A DNA stretch of 63,971 nt, the filler included, from Aduncisulcus paluster (Eukaryota), in the NCBI GenBank assembly GCA_024181965.1. It is 4 parts of 4 records of this genome, joined end to end, with 100 filler letters (N's around TTAATTAATTAA, not from the genome) between each part and the next. Parts side by side here need not be neighbours in the genome. Positions count along the whole stretch, not along the records: positions 15,374 to 45,075 come from BQXS01012537.1; 3 more parts are not named here. The stretch is one strand, 5' to 3'. This document shows positions 23,634 through 33,835 of this stretch, piece after piece. The translations under genes were made by a program, and so were the position numbers. The notes beneath the pieces are model-generated. The model saw only the letters and a program-made list of their open reading frames with translations. It did no database searches and was not told where the DNA came from. How positions within the stretch are numbered: position 1 is the stretch's first letter; each line of letters starts with the position of its first letter.

Positions 23634-23924
23634 TTTTAACAGTTCGTATATCAACTTGATCAATGATAAATTTCATCCCTCTCCGAGGTGTATGTAGAGC
23701 CTCTACATACACTGAGTCAGTCATGAAGATTGAGGCTCGTTATATATATTTTGGAAATCTTAATTAAAATAATCAATATAGAATGCTTGAAGCATCGTAT
23801 TTTTTCATTCTTTAATTCCAATAAATTGGTTTTGTGCTCGTATTTTTTCAAATCACATTTTTTGTTGTTTTTGTAGCTTTCCAAGCTTTTTGCTGAATTT
23901 TTTTGGCAATTAATATCCTTTTAT

Positions 23925-24443
23925 ATGTGGGATTCATATAGGTATAATCCATATATCGTAAGAATTAGATTTTCTGATGTAAAGGCGATTTGTACAGGTG
24001 GATCTTCTCATAGGGATGCAATTGAGGCTTTAAAAGCAGAAAAACCCATAGACTTCTTCTTTAAGCGTTTAAATATCCCTCTAGAAGCCCCATCATATGT
24101 CTATGCTGTTAATATGTGCGTTAGCGGTAATTCTTGTTGTCCTAGGTTTATTTTAATGCATGTTTATCTATTAAATGGAAAATTGGTCGAAAAAGAATTT
24201 TCTTTGACACACCCTAGATCAATAGCCGGTGAGTGGCAATCATTCTGTGTTGATTGTCACGATGTCATTAGAATCGATGTTATTCCACAGTCTGATTATG
24301 GGTATGGAATGATTAAAATATATGGAATGTTAATTAAATCTCGTGATAGTAGTAGGGAAGAAGATAAGCTTGTTGAGAAAAATAGAAAACTTCGAACAAC
24401 TCAACTTCAAATCCAACGGACCATACAAGACAAGAAAAAGTAG
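23925..24443 (+). CDS. Hypothetical protein, divergent single-domain relative of the repeated beta-rich domain at 62666-63801
   Basis: FKRLNIPLEAPSYVYAVNMC...KEFSL...EWQSFCVDCHDVIRIDV aligns with FTHISIPFSSASYIKGAYIC...KQYNF...WWLLPIDLADVVLCEI. Confidence 0.7.
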   Translation: MWDSYRYNPYIVRIRFSDVKAICTGGSSHRDAIEALKAEKPIDFFFKRLNIPLEAPSYVYAVNMCVSGNSCCPRFILMHVYLLNGKLVEKEFSLTHPRSIAGEWQSFCVDCHDVIRIDVIPQSDYGYGMIKIYGMLIKSRDSSREEDKLVEKNRKLRTTQLQIQRTIQDKKK

Positions 24444-24637
24444 AATCAAAATCTTTTTTTTCCTGGTTTTAGCCATATACGAGAATAAAACTTTGATGTC
24501 AAATTGACATAAAATAACCTGAAAATATGATAAAATAATATTAATATTGGCAATGTTTTGAATAATTTATTCAATTCAGATGATATTCGTTCAATAACCG
24601 TCCAAATCTAAAATCTGCCCTTTTCGTTCCAAATCAA

Positions 24638-25302
24638 ATGCCAGTTGGATTATCCGATCGTCAATGTGATATACTTCTTGCAAGAGAAGAAAAAGAGAGG
24701 GACATTTCATATCATGCTGTTGTATGTTCATGATAATAGTAATTGCTATTTTAAACACGATTTCAATGTTTTAAACTGATTTATTCTTATTTTTGAATAC
24801 CATGTTTGGATTTCTTTAACAAATTCATCTTAATTTGATATGTGATACATGAATTTGCTTGATTTCACATTCACCATTTTAGACAAATTTACCAAGAGTA
24901 GGTTCTTCTCCTGTTTTTTCATCCATGATAAATGAAGATTTGAGACCCAAACAATGGAGTTCTGAAATAGCCACCCCGATCCATATTTCCTCATCAAGTT
25001 CCCCATCCAAAATTGAACCTCAAAAGGAAGAAGAAGAAAAAGATCAAGAAACATATGCAACTAAAACAATTACGAATGCCCAATACATTGAAAAAAGACT
25101 CCTCGAAAATGGGGGAAAATGGATCACATCAAAACATCCCTTCTTTTCGGAATTACTTGATGTATGTCTAAAATCAATGAGTTTAGACGAATCCTTAGAA
25201 TTTGTTCTTGGTTTTGAAAAGAAATTTATATCCAAAATCGATTCGATGTCCAGTATTGAAAAGACAGAGTTTTTAGAGAGTACAAAGAAAATTATTGAAT
25301 GA
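24638..25302 (+). CDS. Hypothetical protein, two exons (24638-24721, 24883-25302), 167 aa
   Basis: A 161-nt GTATGT...TTTTAG intron joins the 28-codon exon MPVGLSDRQ... in frame to ORF 24925..25302. Confidence 0.62.
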
Positions 25303-25432
25303 ATTAGTTAAATAACGATAAAATAAATATGTCCTATCTCCTAACATCCAATTATTTTTCTCCCTGTATTTTTCATTTTCCAATTCCGTGTTTGTTCACA
25401 CCTACAGAGAAGATATCGAAGATATTCGAATA

Positions 25433-28400
25433 ATGCAATATAAAATACTCAGTAGAATTGGATCTGGTGGGTTTGGTGTGGTATATAAAGTTCAAACAGA
25501 GCATGGTATCATGGCTCTAAAAGCTACCCATCATACAAGTGAAACTGAGTTTCGAAAAGAATTTAAGAAGTTAAAAGTCCTAAGTCGACTAGCTCCTAAT
25601 GCTGTTCCGAAACCAGTCAGTGTTATTACCAATATCCCGGGATATAAAATAGGATACCTCATGGAATATATGAATGGAGGTGATGTTCTCTCATTTGCGC
25701 AAAAATGGGGGAAAAATGATCCAATTAAACGCTCAATTATTGTATATAAAATGTTAAAAGCGCTCTCAGAACTCCATAAAATCGAGTTTGAAGGTAAGAA
25801 GCTCGTTCATCGTGATATTAAACCTGCCAACTTTCTTGTTAATATTGATCCGGTTCAATCACACTCCTTTAATTCAATTCATTTAAAATTTCAAGTGGTT
25901 GTCAGTGATTTGGGCTTCACAAGTCTTAAGGCCGAATCATTGTTCTCATTTCGATCCATTCGATCCCCTGCCTCCGATGAACCAGCAGTGACAGACGCCC
26001 CTCTTGCTGGTACTCCCGTTTATTTTTCTCCTGAAATTTTGAGGAGCGGCAAAGTTACACAGGCAGGCGATGCTTGGGCGGCGGGTCTTTCTATCTTCAC
26101 TATATTTTCGAATACACCCCCATTTCTCTCACATCCATGTCTTCGGGGAGTCACTGATCCAATTGATATTTGTGAGAAAGTCTTGAATCTAGTATTGAAG
26201 GATCGCCTGCCCTCTCTCGATGACACCTCGATCTTTGAGCAGCTCAAGTTCGTTGGAAAGACTGGATATGACCTGAGTGACCTTGACAAGCCCCATGTAT
26301 TGAAGCTTATTGAAGCCAGCAAGACATTATACACAAGAATCAAATATATCTACAAAGCTATGACCCGCCAGTCGAGACGGGAGAGAATGAGTGTCATTGT
26401 GGCGGAGGAAAGGATGAGAGATGTTTTAGAACCGTGGATGGGAACTGACCCTGGAAGGAAACCATCTGTGGATGGGAAGTTAAAGGAGGACAAACTCAAA
26501 GAAGAGAAGAGAAGAGGAGAGGAGAAGAAAAAGGATGAAGAAAAGAAAAGACGGACCAGAAAATCCTCTTTTGACCGTCATTATTCACAGGATTCGAGTG
26601 AAGGAAGCTCCTCTGGGACAACCCATAGTACTAGCCAATATTCTGACCATGCCAGAAAACTCTCAGACGATCAAGCCGAGCGCCTTGCACGTCGTGGTTC
26701 TTGGATGGATCGGAATGAGGGACATATCCGTCGTAAGAGCCGAGAAGAGTCGTATCCGAGTGAATCCTCCCATGAAAAGCCCACAAAGCGTTCCACCAAA
26801 CCATCCTCCAAGCCCTCATTCCCTCCTCTTGACTTTAGTTCAAGGCCTCCACCAATCCAAACCCCCAGTCTTGAGGTGGGAATGTATGTAACGATCAACC
26901 CAAGCTCCTTCTCTCCAAGATATGGATGGGGTGGTGTCAAGAAGGGTGAAGAGGGCGTTGTTGTCAAAGTATGTGCCGATGGAGATGTTATTGTTGATTT
27001 TCCTCAGTGCAAAGGGTTCCTTGTGAGCCGTGAAGATGTCAAACAACTTAGTAAGGCAGACACCTCGAAGACTCTGAAGCCATCCTGGCGTCATGGAGAA
27101 GGTTCTTCCAACCCACAGTCTCCCCACAAAGAAAGAACACACGGTTCAACCCGCGAAGGTCGTATCTCGAAGGAAGCCAAACAGACATCTGATGTCACTG
27201 GCATTGGCTCAATTCCAACCAAAGCCACGGCCGGTACTATGCTCCGTCATCGCAAACCGTATCATATCCGTAAGCTCAGTGATGAGTTCAAACGGCAGCA
27301 GCGTGCTACCCTCCCCCATGTTGCCCCTTCAGCCTCCTCACGAGCTTCAACAGGACGCCCAGATATGAGCGATAGTGATAGCTCTAAGGAGGACAGCACA
27401 AGCAGTCGAAGACAGCCAAGGACCCGCATGAGTGTGTTGCGCGGAAAGCTTCAAGAGAAGAAAGATATGACCCGACACGAGTCCCATGTTACTCTTGGAT
27501 CTAAAGCTTCATCCAGATCTGCTCGCAAAGATGCGACCGATGCGTCTACCCTCCCTAAACGATCGTCTGTCGGCTCAAGGCTCAGTGCGATGGAAAGAAA
27601 TGTGTCCGTAGATACTCATAGTGATCGGGATGATGAGGATTCTTACCCACGCAAGGTTGATATCCCTTCTTCGCCCACATCAAGTACTGAGTCCACCAGT
27701 GGTAATCGTGGGAAAGGTCCCATTGGAAGGAGCAAATCTTCTGCCTTTCCTTCTGGAGCTCTCCCAGACAAACCGCAGCATCGAAGGGAAACCAGCGATG
27801 CTTATCTTGTCCCTCGTGCCGTTTCTGATACATCCCTGGCCTCGCTGCCTGGATCTGGAATCCGTTCTTTCTCACCTCATATCGGAGATTGTGTATATGC
27901 TGGGACTTATGGTTTTGGAAGTATTGTCTTTGTAGGTGGAGATAGATGCATCGTTGATACGGGATGTGATGAACCCATTCTCGTGTCTTCATCTGTCTTG
28001 ACTTTTATTGACTCAGTCCTCACCAAAAATGGTTTCAAAGCCCCTCTCCCGTTCTCCTCTTATCTAGCTTTCTGGTTCTCAAGAAGTTTCAACCCCCGTA
28101 TTCTTGCCACTTTCAACGAAGAACAAGAAGAAGGGCAGGAAGAACATGATGTGGCGGAAGTTCAAAAGGTTGGTACAACTGGAAAGAAATGTACCTTCAA
28201 AACCAAACAAAAGAAGAAATCGTCTAAAAAACATCGGTCAAAGTCACATTCCATCCCACTTTCAAAGAGATTCCCTGGATCTGGATTGTTCCCATCTCTC
28301 ACATCTCGATTCTTTTCACTGATTGCTCCTTGGAATCTCCATTTAATTAAACCTGGACTTAGAGTTCGAGTTATGGACACCTCTGGTATGTTTTCCACGG

Positions 28401-29359
28401 ATTCTGATACTCCATCCTCAGTTGCATCTGTTCTGAGAACATTCGGTGTGGATAATTATAGCATCGGTATCGTTCAAGCTCTCAAATGTGAAGAGGAAAT
28501 ATGTCAATTGAGAAAATATTTCGACACTTCTGTGGGTCTGTCTTCCAGCAAAAAAGATATCCATGCCAAGAGTAATAATGTAGAATCATCTGGTGGTTTA
28601 TTCTCACCCTCAGTTTCTCAATCTATTCTTAGATATTTATCACTCCCTCTTCTCAAGATTACTGTTAGGTTTTCGAAAGAGATTGTTCTTGATGTGCCTC
28701 TTCTCTACCTGTATTCGGTCGATCGTAACAAGATTATTAGATCATCCGAAACGTATGGTTTTGTTTGTCCATCCATCAATTCGTTATCTAGATCAGGCCG
28801 TAAACAAAGTATTTCAGGTTCTTCTTCTTCGTCTTCTTCTTCTTCTTCTTCTTCTTCTTCTTCTCCCTCTTCCTTTTCTTCCACTTCAATTCGTCTCACT
28901 TCTGCTATCGATGATCTTCTCCTATGTGATGGCGATGAAGTCTCTTTCCATCTTTCTGACCCCCATCAGTCAGACGACTATGAGTGCCTTGAAGAGTCCG
29001 ATTGTACTGAAGTTCTCTATAGAGTGAGTCTGACGGGTAGAAAGATGCTTGGAAGCAAGACCACATCTGGCATATTGGATGCTTCAATCATTCGTGGGAA
29101 TGCAATCGTGTGCTCCAATAACATATCAGTCATTTACGACGACGAAGAAGGCGCTTCCGTCGTGAAAAGGAAGGATCTCCGAGTACCCTATGATTCTTCA
29201 AGGTCTAAACATTCTTTAGAGGTTCATAACGAGCATATTGAAAAGTCTTTTGTTTATAATTCTCCTTTCTTTATTGTTCACAATCCAGCAATGGCCATAT
29301 TTGTGAGCATTATAATTGTTTTTGCATTAATCTTTGTCATTTTTTCAATGATATTATGA
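25433..29359 (+). CDS. Ser/Thr protein kinase with KEG/HERC2-like SH3 repeats and a C-terminal transmembrane helix
   Basis: GSGGFG, ALK, HRDIKPAN, DLG and GTPVYFSPE kinase motifs. LEVGMYVTINPSSFSPRYGWGGVKKGEEGVV...DGDVIVDF is a KEG-type SH3 repeat. The C-terminus is hydrophobic (AIFVSIIIVFALIFVIFSMIL). Confidence 0.88.
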   Translation: MQYKILSRIGSGGFGVVYKVQTEHGIMALKATHHTSETEFRKEFKKLKVLSRLAPNAVPKPVSVITNIPGYKIGYLMEYMNGGDVLSFAQKWGKNDPIKRSIIVYKMLKALSELHKIEFEGKKLVHRDIKPANFLVNIDPVQSHSFNSIHLKFQVVVSDLGFTSLKAESLFSFRSIRSPASDEPAVTDAPLAGTPVYFSPEILRSGKVTQAGDAWAAGLSIFTIFSNTPPFLSHPCLRGVTDPIDICEKVLNLVLKDRLPSLDDTSIFEQLKFVGKTGYDLSDLDKPHVLKLIEASKTLYTRIKYIYKAMTRQSRRERMSVIVAEERMRDVLEPWMGTDPGRKPSVDGKLKEDKLKEEKRRGEEKKKDEEKKRRTRKSSFDRHYSQDSSEGSSSGTTHSTSQYSDHARKLSDDQAERLARRGSWMDRNEGHIRRKSREESYPSESSHEKPTKRSTKPSSKPSFPPLDFSSRPPPIQTPSLEVGMYVTINPSSFSPRYGWGGVKKGEEGVVVKVCADGDVIVDFPQCKGFLVSREDVKQLSKADTSKTLKPSWRHGEGSSNPQSPHKERTHGSTREGRISKEAKQTSDVTGIGSIPTKATAGTMLRHRKPYHIRKLSDEFKRQQRATLPHVAPSASSRASTGRPDMSDSDSSKEDSTSSRRQPRTRMSVLRGKLQEKKDMTRHESHVTLGSKASSRSARKDATDASTLPKRSSVGSRLSAMERNVSVDTHSDRDDEDSYPRKVDIPSSPTSSTESTSGNRGKGPIGRSKSSAFPSGALPDKPQHRRETSDAYLVPRAVSDTSLASLPGSGIRSFSPHIGDCVYAGTYGFGSIVFVGGDRCIVDTGCDEPILVSSSVLTFIDSVLTKNGFKAPLPFSSYLAFWFSRSFNPRILATFNEEQEEGQEEHDVAEVQKVGTTGKKCTFKTKQKKKSSKKHRSKSHSIPLSKRFPGSGLFPSLTSRFFSLIAPWNLHLIKPGLRVRVMDTSGMFSTDSDTPSSVASVLRTFGVDNYSIGIVQALKCEEEICQLRKYFDTSVGLSSSKKDIHAKSNNVESSGGLFSPSVSQSILRYLSLPLLKITVRFSKEIVLDVPLLYLYSVDRNKIIRSSETYGFVCPSINSLSRSGRKQSISGSSSSSSSSSSSSSSSPSSFSSTSIRLTSAIDDLLLCDGDEVSFHLSDPHQSDDYECLEESDCTEVLYRVSLTGRKMLGSKTTSGILDASIIRGNAIVCSNNISVIYDDEEGASVVKRKDLRVPYDSSRSKHSLEVHNEHIEKSFVYNSPFFIVHNPAMAIFVSIIIVFALIFVIFSMIL

Positions 29360-29619
29360 TAACTTCATTATCATAATCTCATACTCTCAATATCTCAATA
29401 TATATAGAAATAGATACATACTCCAAGATTTTTTTCCATTTTTTTTGAACTTTTTTTCTTTTTTTTTTCTCTTCACTGCCAGTGAGCCTCACTATCAGGC
29501 TGATAGCTTATTATTAATAATATCGTGAATCATACCACGATTCTTCAAAATGACCTGAATAAATAACTTTTAGAGAAATTACGAAAGTTAGAAACACTGC
29601 CAGTGTTAACATAAGTCTT

Positions 29620-31305
29620 ATGTTTGACACTCACAGTCAAATCAGCTTTTTTTTGAAGAATCAAAAGGATATGCCCAATATTGTGGGAGAAAAATCCAAT
29701 TTTGGTTCGACCATACGGATAATTTGTGAGGTAATTCTCAAAATCTTTATTATTTTGACCCTTACGACCGGCACGTGTTTTTTTTACAATTCTGTGAATG
29801 TTTTAGGTTCAAATCTTCTTGAAAATTATGATACAAGTGATTCTATTCTCTCAATCTCATATATGGTCCACTCTTTAATGTCCATTCCCATGTCACTGTT
29901 TAGTGGTGTTATTGCTGATAAACTTGGATGTAGTTTAGTTTCTTTGATCTTAACATTGATTGTATTCCTAGGCACGCTTATATCTGCGATATCTGGGACT
30001 TCTATTTTTGTTTTCCTCCTCGGCCGCTTTCTCTATGGAATTGGAGCTGAAGCCACTCTTTGTGTTCAAACCAAATTAATTGTTGATTGGTTTGATGGGT
30101 TTTTAAAGACATTGTCTTTTGGTCTTGCTTTTCCTTTCTATATGCTCCCTGAAATTTGTTGTGGTCTCATTCTTCCCAAAATAGTTCAAAATGCTGATTC
30201 TCTCCATCAAGGAGTCTCCCATGCTCTCTGGATATGTGTTGCAGTGAGTGCCTTTTGTGTTTGTTTCAGTGGTATTCCCATATTCTTCCTCTATGAGAAA
30301 TTTAAGGTTTCAAGAACCTCTCCGATCCTGGAACCAGAAACAACACCAACGGATAAAACTACGACCAAGAATATGTCAGGAAAATATCAAAAGAAACATC
30401 CTCATTTGAAGGATTTAGAACCACTTTCCCAGATGATGGACCAAGTTACTCATGATTCTCTCATAAAAACGTCATCTTATGGCCAAGAAATGCAAGTCTC
30501 CAATGAACGAGTAACGGGCCCCATCCTCAGTTCAACAAGCCCCTCTCCTTCAAGCTCACCATCTCACTCTCGTTCCTCTTCATTTTCTGAACAAGTTGTG
30601 ATAGATCGTGAAAACACCCATAATCGAAATAATATATCATTGGACAATGTTGAAGGAGAGGATAAAGAACATCATTCTACTTCGTTATGTTCAGATAAAA
30701 TAAGTTTATTTTTCTCAAATATTCCTACAGTTTTATTCTTTCTATTTATCATATTTCGTTCTTTGTTCATGGCTGCCTACACTGTTGTCGTCAATATCTC
30801 AACTACTATTGTGGTAGATGTGTTCTCATTCGCTGAAGAGGATGCTCCTCGTGTGTTCGTCGTGATTCAGGCTACAGCTTGTGTCGCATTCCCAATCATG
30901 TCTATCCTTTCTCACCTCATCCTCCCTTCTCCAATGCTTCTAATTGGAGGGATTTCTCTCTCTTTTGGAGTGAGTTTTGGTGTGCTTCAATGGGGAAATG
31001 CATGGATGTTCGCTGTCTTCTTAGGCCTAGCCTTCTCGATGGCAGGTCCAACTGGTATTATCATGCTTACCAATATCGTAGGACATGAACGAACTGGAAC
31101 CGGGACTGGATTGCTATATACCATTCAGTTTGCATTAATGAGTGTTCTATTACCTATTTTTACCTCAATGCGAAAAGGTCTTGGATATCAATTTGTGTTG
31201 TTTATTGTTGAAATTATTGCAATATTATCAACCATTGGGTTCACCGTGATCACTGTTATCGATATCAAACGACATCATAGTGCCCAAAAACACACTAACG
31301 CATAA
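29620..31305 (+). CDS. Major facilitator superfamily transporter (MFSD1-like); start may be ATG 29671
   Basis: About 12 TM helices in two halves separated by a long hydrophilic loop, with motif A SGVIADKLG and GRFLYGIGAE. Confidence 0.88.
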   Translation: MFDTHSQISFFLKNQKDMPNIVGEKSNFGSTIRIICEVILKIFIILTLTTGTCFFYNSVNVLGSNLLENYDTSDSILSISYMVHSLMSIPMSLFSGVIADKLGCSLVSLILTLIVFLGTLISAISGTSIFVFLLGRFLYGIGAEATLCVQTKLIVDWFDGFLKTLSFGLAFPFYMLPEICCGLILPKIVQNADSLHQGVSHALWICVAVSAFCVCFSGIPIFFLYEKFKVSRTSPILEPETTPTDKTTTKNMSGKYQKKHPHLKDLEPLSQMMDQVTHDSLIKTSSYGQEMQVSNERVTGPILSSTSPSPSSSPSHSRSSSFSEQVVIDRENTHNRNNISLDNVEGEDKEHHSTSLCSDKISLFFSNIPTVLFFLFIIFRSLFMAAYTVVVNISTTIVVDVFSFAEEDAPRVFVVIQATACVAFPIMSILSHLILPSPMLLIGGISLSFGVSFGVLQWGNAWMFAVFLGLAFSMAGPTGIIMLTNIVGHERTGTGTGLLYTIQFALMSVLLPIFTSMRKGLGYQFVLFIVEIIAILSTIGFTVITVIDIKRHHSAQKHTNA

Positions 31306-31415
31306 TATAAAAATTGTCTTTCTTGTGATTGAATCAATGTGATTGATATCTTAAGTAATCCCTCCAAATTCAGCTCTTTATCAAGATATATATATTGTAC
31401 TAGATATTCTATTTA

Positions 31416-33485
31416 TCATTTCAAGTGGTATTTATGAGGAATGGTTTCAAATATCTCTTTTAACGGCTCAAACCGACCGAGGCTTCCAGCCCTGTCGCAG
31501 ACTTTCTCAACATGTGCTATTCTTGTCGATATTTCTTCATGAGTAAGTAAACTCCGATGTCTCGATGCTTGGAATCTCCTAAATACAAGGTTAACCCCTT
31601 CACAAATATGTTTAATCGAAATAACTGGCAATTTACACAATAGACTCACGTCCATTCCTTGAGGGGAACGAGTAGAAGAAGCTGTACCTTCAGATTCATT
31701 CAAAATGGGAGAAGAGGAAAGAGAATAAAGTTTACCTGTCTTCTCCCAAGCATTTAAACATAAATACAGAGCAGCGTACACCTCTGCCGCACATCTAGCA
31801 ACCTCCAATATGACAGATATCAGAGAGACTGAGCACGGACACGAAATATTATTCGCTGCACCAGAGAGGGTAACTATGCAACTCATCAGCATCTCAAGAG
31901 ACACGGCCTGCTGAGTCAAACGAGGGATAGAGAGAATCATGACATCAAGGGAACTGGCTTTCTTCTTCATAACACCTGAACCGGAATATATGGATGTGGG
32001 TGGATGACTGCTCGATGATAAGGAATATGTTGGGGTGGGACAGGAAGGAGATTGTTTAGAGGAAGAGAGAGGAGACACTTGGGGAGAAGACTGGTCTGAG
32101 GGCTCTTGGTGATCAATGAAAGAATCCAAATCAATCTCTCCAGTACATTGTTCACGTGAATCATCAGAATGGGAGTAGACATCACTCGAATACTCGGATT
32201 CCTCAGACTCTGTGCCACATTCAGGAGTGGAAACATAGGAAGAGGAAGATGAAGAGGAAGAGGAAGAAGGAGTAGAAACTAAGGGAATCATAGCCTTCAT
32301 TCCTGCAATCTCCTCTTTCTCAGAAGGAGAATGATGGATAGAAGGGATACTGATTTTGCCTTTCCCATGTGATTTGAGAGAATCATATTGATGTAAAATA
32401 GATTGAAGTGAATTCGTTTGTTTTAATTTCTTAATTTGATCGACCATTGAAGGTCTGGAATGTATAGTCTCAGATATCACAATGTTATCTTGTATGGTTG
32501 AATTTGGAGCCTTTATCGACTCAATAAATCCACTAGAATCGAAACTTGAGTCAATCTCACTCCCAGAGTGTAGCAAATGAGTCCCCATGGAAGAGATTGA
32601 CGTTGGAACATTCACATGTCTGGTGGTAGACTTTTGATGTTTTGATACCGACGATTGTTTGAACAATGCATTAAATCCAACATAAATAGAGCCATCGACA
32701 CTTGGAATAAGAGAAAAGGTGAATAATATTGCAGAACAAGAAAGGTTCAACGCTCCAATACGTGCATTTCTCTCTTCTTCAGTGCATAAATTTCTTTGAA
32801 TTGTTTGTTTTGCCGCACTTTTGGAAAATGGCAAAATGCATTTGGCCTCACGCTCGATGACTCCGAGTAAATAACTAATACTTGCACGAAATAGCTTTAA
32901 AGATGAACATAATTTAGGCAATTCTTCACATATATATGTATTCACGTCTTTTCGCTTCTTCACGGAGGAAACAATTTGAACACAGCCCAACAAAAGACTA
33001 ATACAACCCGAATATGAGGCAGATTCGTGTTGAGATGATTTCATAGTACGACCAAGGATCGACGAAAGAGCTTTTGAGGCAAAATAATTATCAGAAAATT
33101 TGGCGCTAATTGAATACACAAAAGATAATACAAATATTACAAATACGGGCGGTGCAGAATCGGTATGATTGCATAATTCAAGAATATTATGAGATGAGAT
33201 AAGAGAATTCGAAAAAGAAACACTGTGAAAACGTGGCTGTTTCGGAGATTCAAGACAAGATGATCGTTGATTACAGAGTACTGGTGATATCGATAAAATG
33301 TTAAAATATTCTTTTGAAACATTCACTAACATGCGAGAAAATGTTGATGTTGACTTCTGAAAAGATTGGATAGCATGTAAAGAGAACTCAGGAAAACAAA
33401 AGCTAAAATCTCCAGTTTTATGAGTTTGTTGGCAACTACATTTTAGTAAACTTATAATTTTGAACGCGGTTTCTAGCTTAGGCAT
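31416..33485 (-). CDS. Hypothetical Ser-rich protein
   Basis: 689-aa uninterrupted ORF. No family recognised. Confidence 0.75.
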   Translation of the reverse strand: MPKLETAFKIISLLKCSCQQTHKTGDFSFCFPEFSLHAIQSFQKSTSTFSRMLVNVSKEYFNILSISPVLCNQRSSCLESPKQPRFHSVSFSNSLISSHNILELCNHTDSAPPVFVIFVLSFVYSISAKFSDNYFASKALSSILGRTMKSSQHESASYSGCISLLLGCVQIVSSVKKRKDVNTYICEELPKLCSSLKLFRASISYLLGVIEREAKCILPFSKSAAKQTIQRNLCTEEERNARIGALNLSCSAILFTFSLIPSVDGSIYVGFNALFKQSSVSKHQKSTTRHVNVPTSISSMGTHLLHSGSEIDSSFDSSGFIESIKAPNSTIQDNIVISETIHSRPSMVDQIKKLKQTNSLQSILHQYDSLKSHGKGKISIPSIHHSPSEKEEIAGMKAMIPLVSTPSSSSSSSSSSYVSTPECGTESEESEYSSDVYSHSDDSREQCTGEIDLDSFIDHQEPSDQSSPQVSPLSSSKQSPSCPTPTYSLSSSSHPPTSIYSGSGVMKKKASSLDVMILSIPRLTQQAVSLEMLMSCIVTLSGAANNISCPCSVSLISVILEVARCAAEVYAALYLCLNAWEKTGKLYSLSSSPILNESEGTASSTRSPQGMDVSLLCKLPVISIKHICEGVNLVFRRFQASRHRSLLTHEEISTRIAHVEKVCDRAGSLGRFEPLKEIFETIPHKYHLK

Positions 33486-33835
33486 TACCAGGTATCAATC
33501 CATTACATCAAAATGCGCAGAATTATTTTTCTCTGGTACTCATGCAAATTCAGAGCTTCCCATAATTATCTGTTGGATGAAATCACATTTAGTGTTTTTT
33601 TCGGATTGAAGTTAGATCCGATGATTATAAGCCAAGAACTTTCATGGTGGACGGTTGAATTTAATATGCAAAATATTGCAATAATAAAAATTCATTTTTA
33701 TTTTATTTTTCATAAAAATATCAATATTCAGTTGATATATATAAATTAATTCAGTTGTCTGGCGGTTTCTCGGATCTGTTTCTATTTTTATTCTTTTTTC
33801 GCTCGTTAAATATAATCAAGAAACACACCTTTTAA

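Noticed and set aside
28819..28865. (TCT)n tract and similar GAA/GAG and GAAAGG runs as repeat arrays or CRISPR
   Set aside because: These are coding microsatellites for poly-Ser, poly-Glu or ER repeats. I saw no repeat-spacer structure in the window.
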